NCBI GenBank assembly: GCA_963719075.1 | Contig: CAVRAN010000007.1 | Span: 31,709-95,708, forward strand | Direction of reading: 5' to 3' | Length of the DNA: 64,000 nucleotides | Source of the DNA: an uncultured Verrucomicrobiae bacterium | GTDB taxonomy: Bacteria; Verrucomicrobiota; Verrucomicrobiia; Limisphaerales; UBA11358 | Shown here: positions 62,076 to 64,000 of the stretch, piece by piece | Position numbering within the stretch: the first letter of the stretch is position 1 | Layout of the letters: every line of letters begins with the position of its first letter | Position numbers and translations under genes: made by a program | Notes under the pieces: generated by a model | Seen by the model: only the letters and a program-made list of their open reading frames with translations | The model's database searches: none | What the model was told of the DNA's origin: nothing

Positions 62076-62690
62076 TCAGGTCACCATTGCCGGCATCGTC
62101 GCGCTCCACTCGCTGTATTGCGTCGAACCGCCGATGGCGCGGATGCGCACGTTACACATCGTGCCCGGCGTCAGACCCGTCAGCACGATGCCGCGCGTGT
62201 TCGGATAAATGCCCGCTTCCTGCCATGCGCCCGTGCCGATGCTGAACTGCACCTGATACGCCTTGGCGTTCGTCACCGCCTGCAAATCCACCGTCATCTG
62301 CGCCGTCAAGGAATTGTCCAGCGTGAACACCGGCTGTGTCAGCGGCGACTGCGCCGTGTTGGGAGTCACCACGTCGAAGCCCGAGGAGAGCACCTGCGAG
62401 ACGTTGGGCAGCGCGAGGCTTTGCACATACGCCGCTGTCTGGCGCAACGCCGAGACCAGCGCATCCCGCGCCTCGTTTTTAGCGGCAGTATCCATCGTCC
62501 CGCCTTGCGCCGCAGCCGTGATGGCATTTTGAAACGCCGTCTGTAATGCTATCAATGCGGCGATCAACACCGGCAGGTTTGGAAACAGCGGGTTTGTTTT
62601 GATGCACGCGATGACGAGGATCGCGAAGCTGTTCAGTTCATCGTCAGGAAAGGCCGCAAATGAAAGTGCGACCCGTATTATCTTTTTCAT
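62076..62690 (-). CDS. Helical-bundle plus fibronectin type III domain protein (no clear signal peptide)
   Basis: N-terminal amphipathic helices, SGF hinge, C-terminal FN3 signature LTGLTPGT..NVRIRAIG...YSEWS. Confidence 0.8.
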   Translation of the reverse strand: MKKIIRVALSFAAFPDDELNSFAILVIACIKTNPLFPNLPVLIAALIALQTAFQNAITAAAQGGTMDTAAKNEARDALVSALRQTAAYVQSLALPNVSQVLSSGFDVVTPNTAQSPLTQPVFTLDNSLTAQMTVDLQAVTNAKAYQVQFSIGTGAWQEAGIYPNTRGIVLTGLTPGTMCNVRIRAIGGSTQYSEWSATMPAMVT

Positions 62691-62759
62691 TGTCCATTTT
62701 AGTTTTCCCTCTAAAAAGGTTCCCAGAAGCGTTGCTGCCCTGTTCCCCTGCACACCGGG

Positions 62760-62788
62760 ATTTAATCAAACACCATTCCAACCGTCAA
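62760..62788 (-). promoter_or_regulatory. Putative sigma70 promoter between the array and the FN3 gene
   Basis: Minus strand TTGACG-N17-TTAAAT preceded by an A/T tract (UP-like). Confidence 0.45.
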
Positions 62789-62820
62789 GTGAAATTTTTT
62801 TCCCTCTTCTTTTTGGCATA

Positions 62821-63135
62821 ACTCACTGTGATAAAATGGCAACTCGCTGTGATTTTGAAACAACTTACTGTAATAAAATGACAACTCACTGTAATTCCGG
62901 TGCAAAACACTGTAATGGAGAGACAACTTACTGTAATAAAACGTCAACTCACTGTGATTCCAGAACAACTTACTGTAATGGAGAGGCATCTTACTGTAAT
63001 AAAATGACAACTTACTGTGATTCCAGAGCAAAACACTGTAATGGAAGGACAACTTACTGTAATGGAGAGACAAAACACTGTGCTTTTGGAACAACTCGAA
63101 GTGATTTTAGAACAAAACGCTTTGATAAAATGGCA
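62821..63135. repeat. 21-bp tandem array, 15 units, conserved 14-nt part plus 7-nt variable part
   Basis: Units A(C/A)(T/A)(C/T)ACTGT(A/G)AT-N7-CA at exact 21-bp spacing. Confidence 0.95.
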
Positions 63136-63214
63136 AAAACGGCTGCTTTTGACCTGTTGCGCTGGAAAATGTCTTGTTTCAGACAGCAATAATCAAAAAA
63201 ACGGGCGAAATAAC

Positions 63215-63960
63215 GTATGCGGCTGACGGTCCACGTCTAGTTTCCGGCGACAGACCGTGAGACCATGGCCGGATGGATACATTAAAAACTGGAACGAGCC
63301 GGCGGCATTTCACTTCTAAACGGCGGCAGCGATTACTGGCAAAATTCCATCAAAGCCGATTAACCCAAAACGAGTTTGCCGCCCAGCACAACATCGGGCT
63401 GTCCAGTCTGAGCCGATGGTTGCGGCTGGAACGTGACGCCGTTCCGCCAAAGGTAAAATTCCAAGAAGTCCGGCTGCCCAACCCGGCTTCACGCTGGCCG
63501 GTCGAAGTCGTCAGCCCACAGCCGGTATTGAATCGGCTGCACCGGGCTATGGAGTTGATACGGAGAAAGACCTTGCCGCAAGGGTTGCTCTGACAGGCGA
63601 TTGATTACACGCTGAAACGATGGACGGCTTTGAACCAATTTATCACCGACGGCATTCTTGAAATTGATAACAACAAAATCGAAAACTCGATTCGGCCGTC
63701 GGCCCTTGGAAAACGCAATTGGATGTTCATTGGCCATCCCGAAGCTGGGGAACGCAGCGCCGTGATTTACACTTTGCTGGGTGGTTGCCGGCGGCTCGGC
63801 ATCAACCCGTTCGATTATCTGAAAGATTTGTTTACCCGTTTGCCCGCCGCCAAAATTACTCAGATCAAGCAGTTCACGCCAGCGATGTGGGTCCGGGCCA
63901 GAACTGGAGCCAGCCTGCCCGCCGAGCAAACTTGCCCTAAACTTGACAATAAACAATTGC
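63215..63960 (+). mobile_element. Internally deleted IS66-family element (tnpA fused to the C-terminal part of tnpC); right boundary approximate
   Basis: Left end GTATGCGG at 63215; TnpA-like HTH ORF from 63273; TnpC motifs AIDY, LEIDNNKIENSIRP..LGKRNWMFIG, GINPFDYL; in-frame TGA at 63591; no tnpB. Confidence 0.85.
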
Positions 63961-64000
63961 CCCCCCATTCAATTGTATTTAATTTGGCTGCTAGGAACTG

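Noticed and set aside
62821-63135. CRISPR array interpretation
   Set aside because: The conserved part is only about 14 nt, the variable part is 7 nt and recurs, and there are no cas genes in the window.

Overview
64 kb of a bacterial chromosome, most likely Verrucomicrobiota (Pedosphaera/Limisphaerales-like). This assignment is inferred from the lpxC-fabZ fusion, ccsA-hemA-hemC order, His6-type hisA, shc, a GloVer-type repeat protein and the FYR-ending C-terminal domains. Positions 1 to about 54,000 are mostly housekeeping genes: tuf, tRNA-Thr, lpxA, lpxC/fabZ, hemAC, a nitrogen cluster (GSII-type glnA, amtB, PII), tRNA-Pro, ispH/ispF, dgt, folK, dapABF, a fluoride riboswitch with crcB, eno, hisA/hisS, rpsP-khpA-trmD-rplS, frr, pgk-tpiA-secG, oppABC, leuD, shc, pyrD and hrpB. 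From about 54,150 to the end is an accessory region of secreted proteins, small ORFs and a deleted IS66. Best leads: (1) a 15-unit 21-bp interspaced tandem array directly upstream of a probably cytoplasmic helical-bundle/FN3 gene, plus a second 21-bp array of unrelated sequence that ends in a similar flanking motif; (2) a 131-aa minimal kinase and a PP2C phosphatase between sigma54-driven glnA and amtB-PII, where PII carries Ser49; (3) three adjacent secreted proteins sharing a C-terminal W...FYR domain; (4) a DapF with both catalytic Cys replaced by Ser; (5) an in-frame palindromic insertion in hisS. All calls come from reading motifs by eye; no database searches were run.
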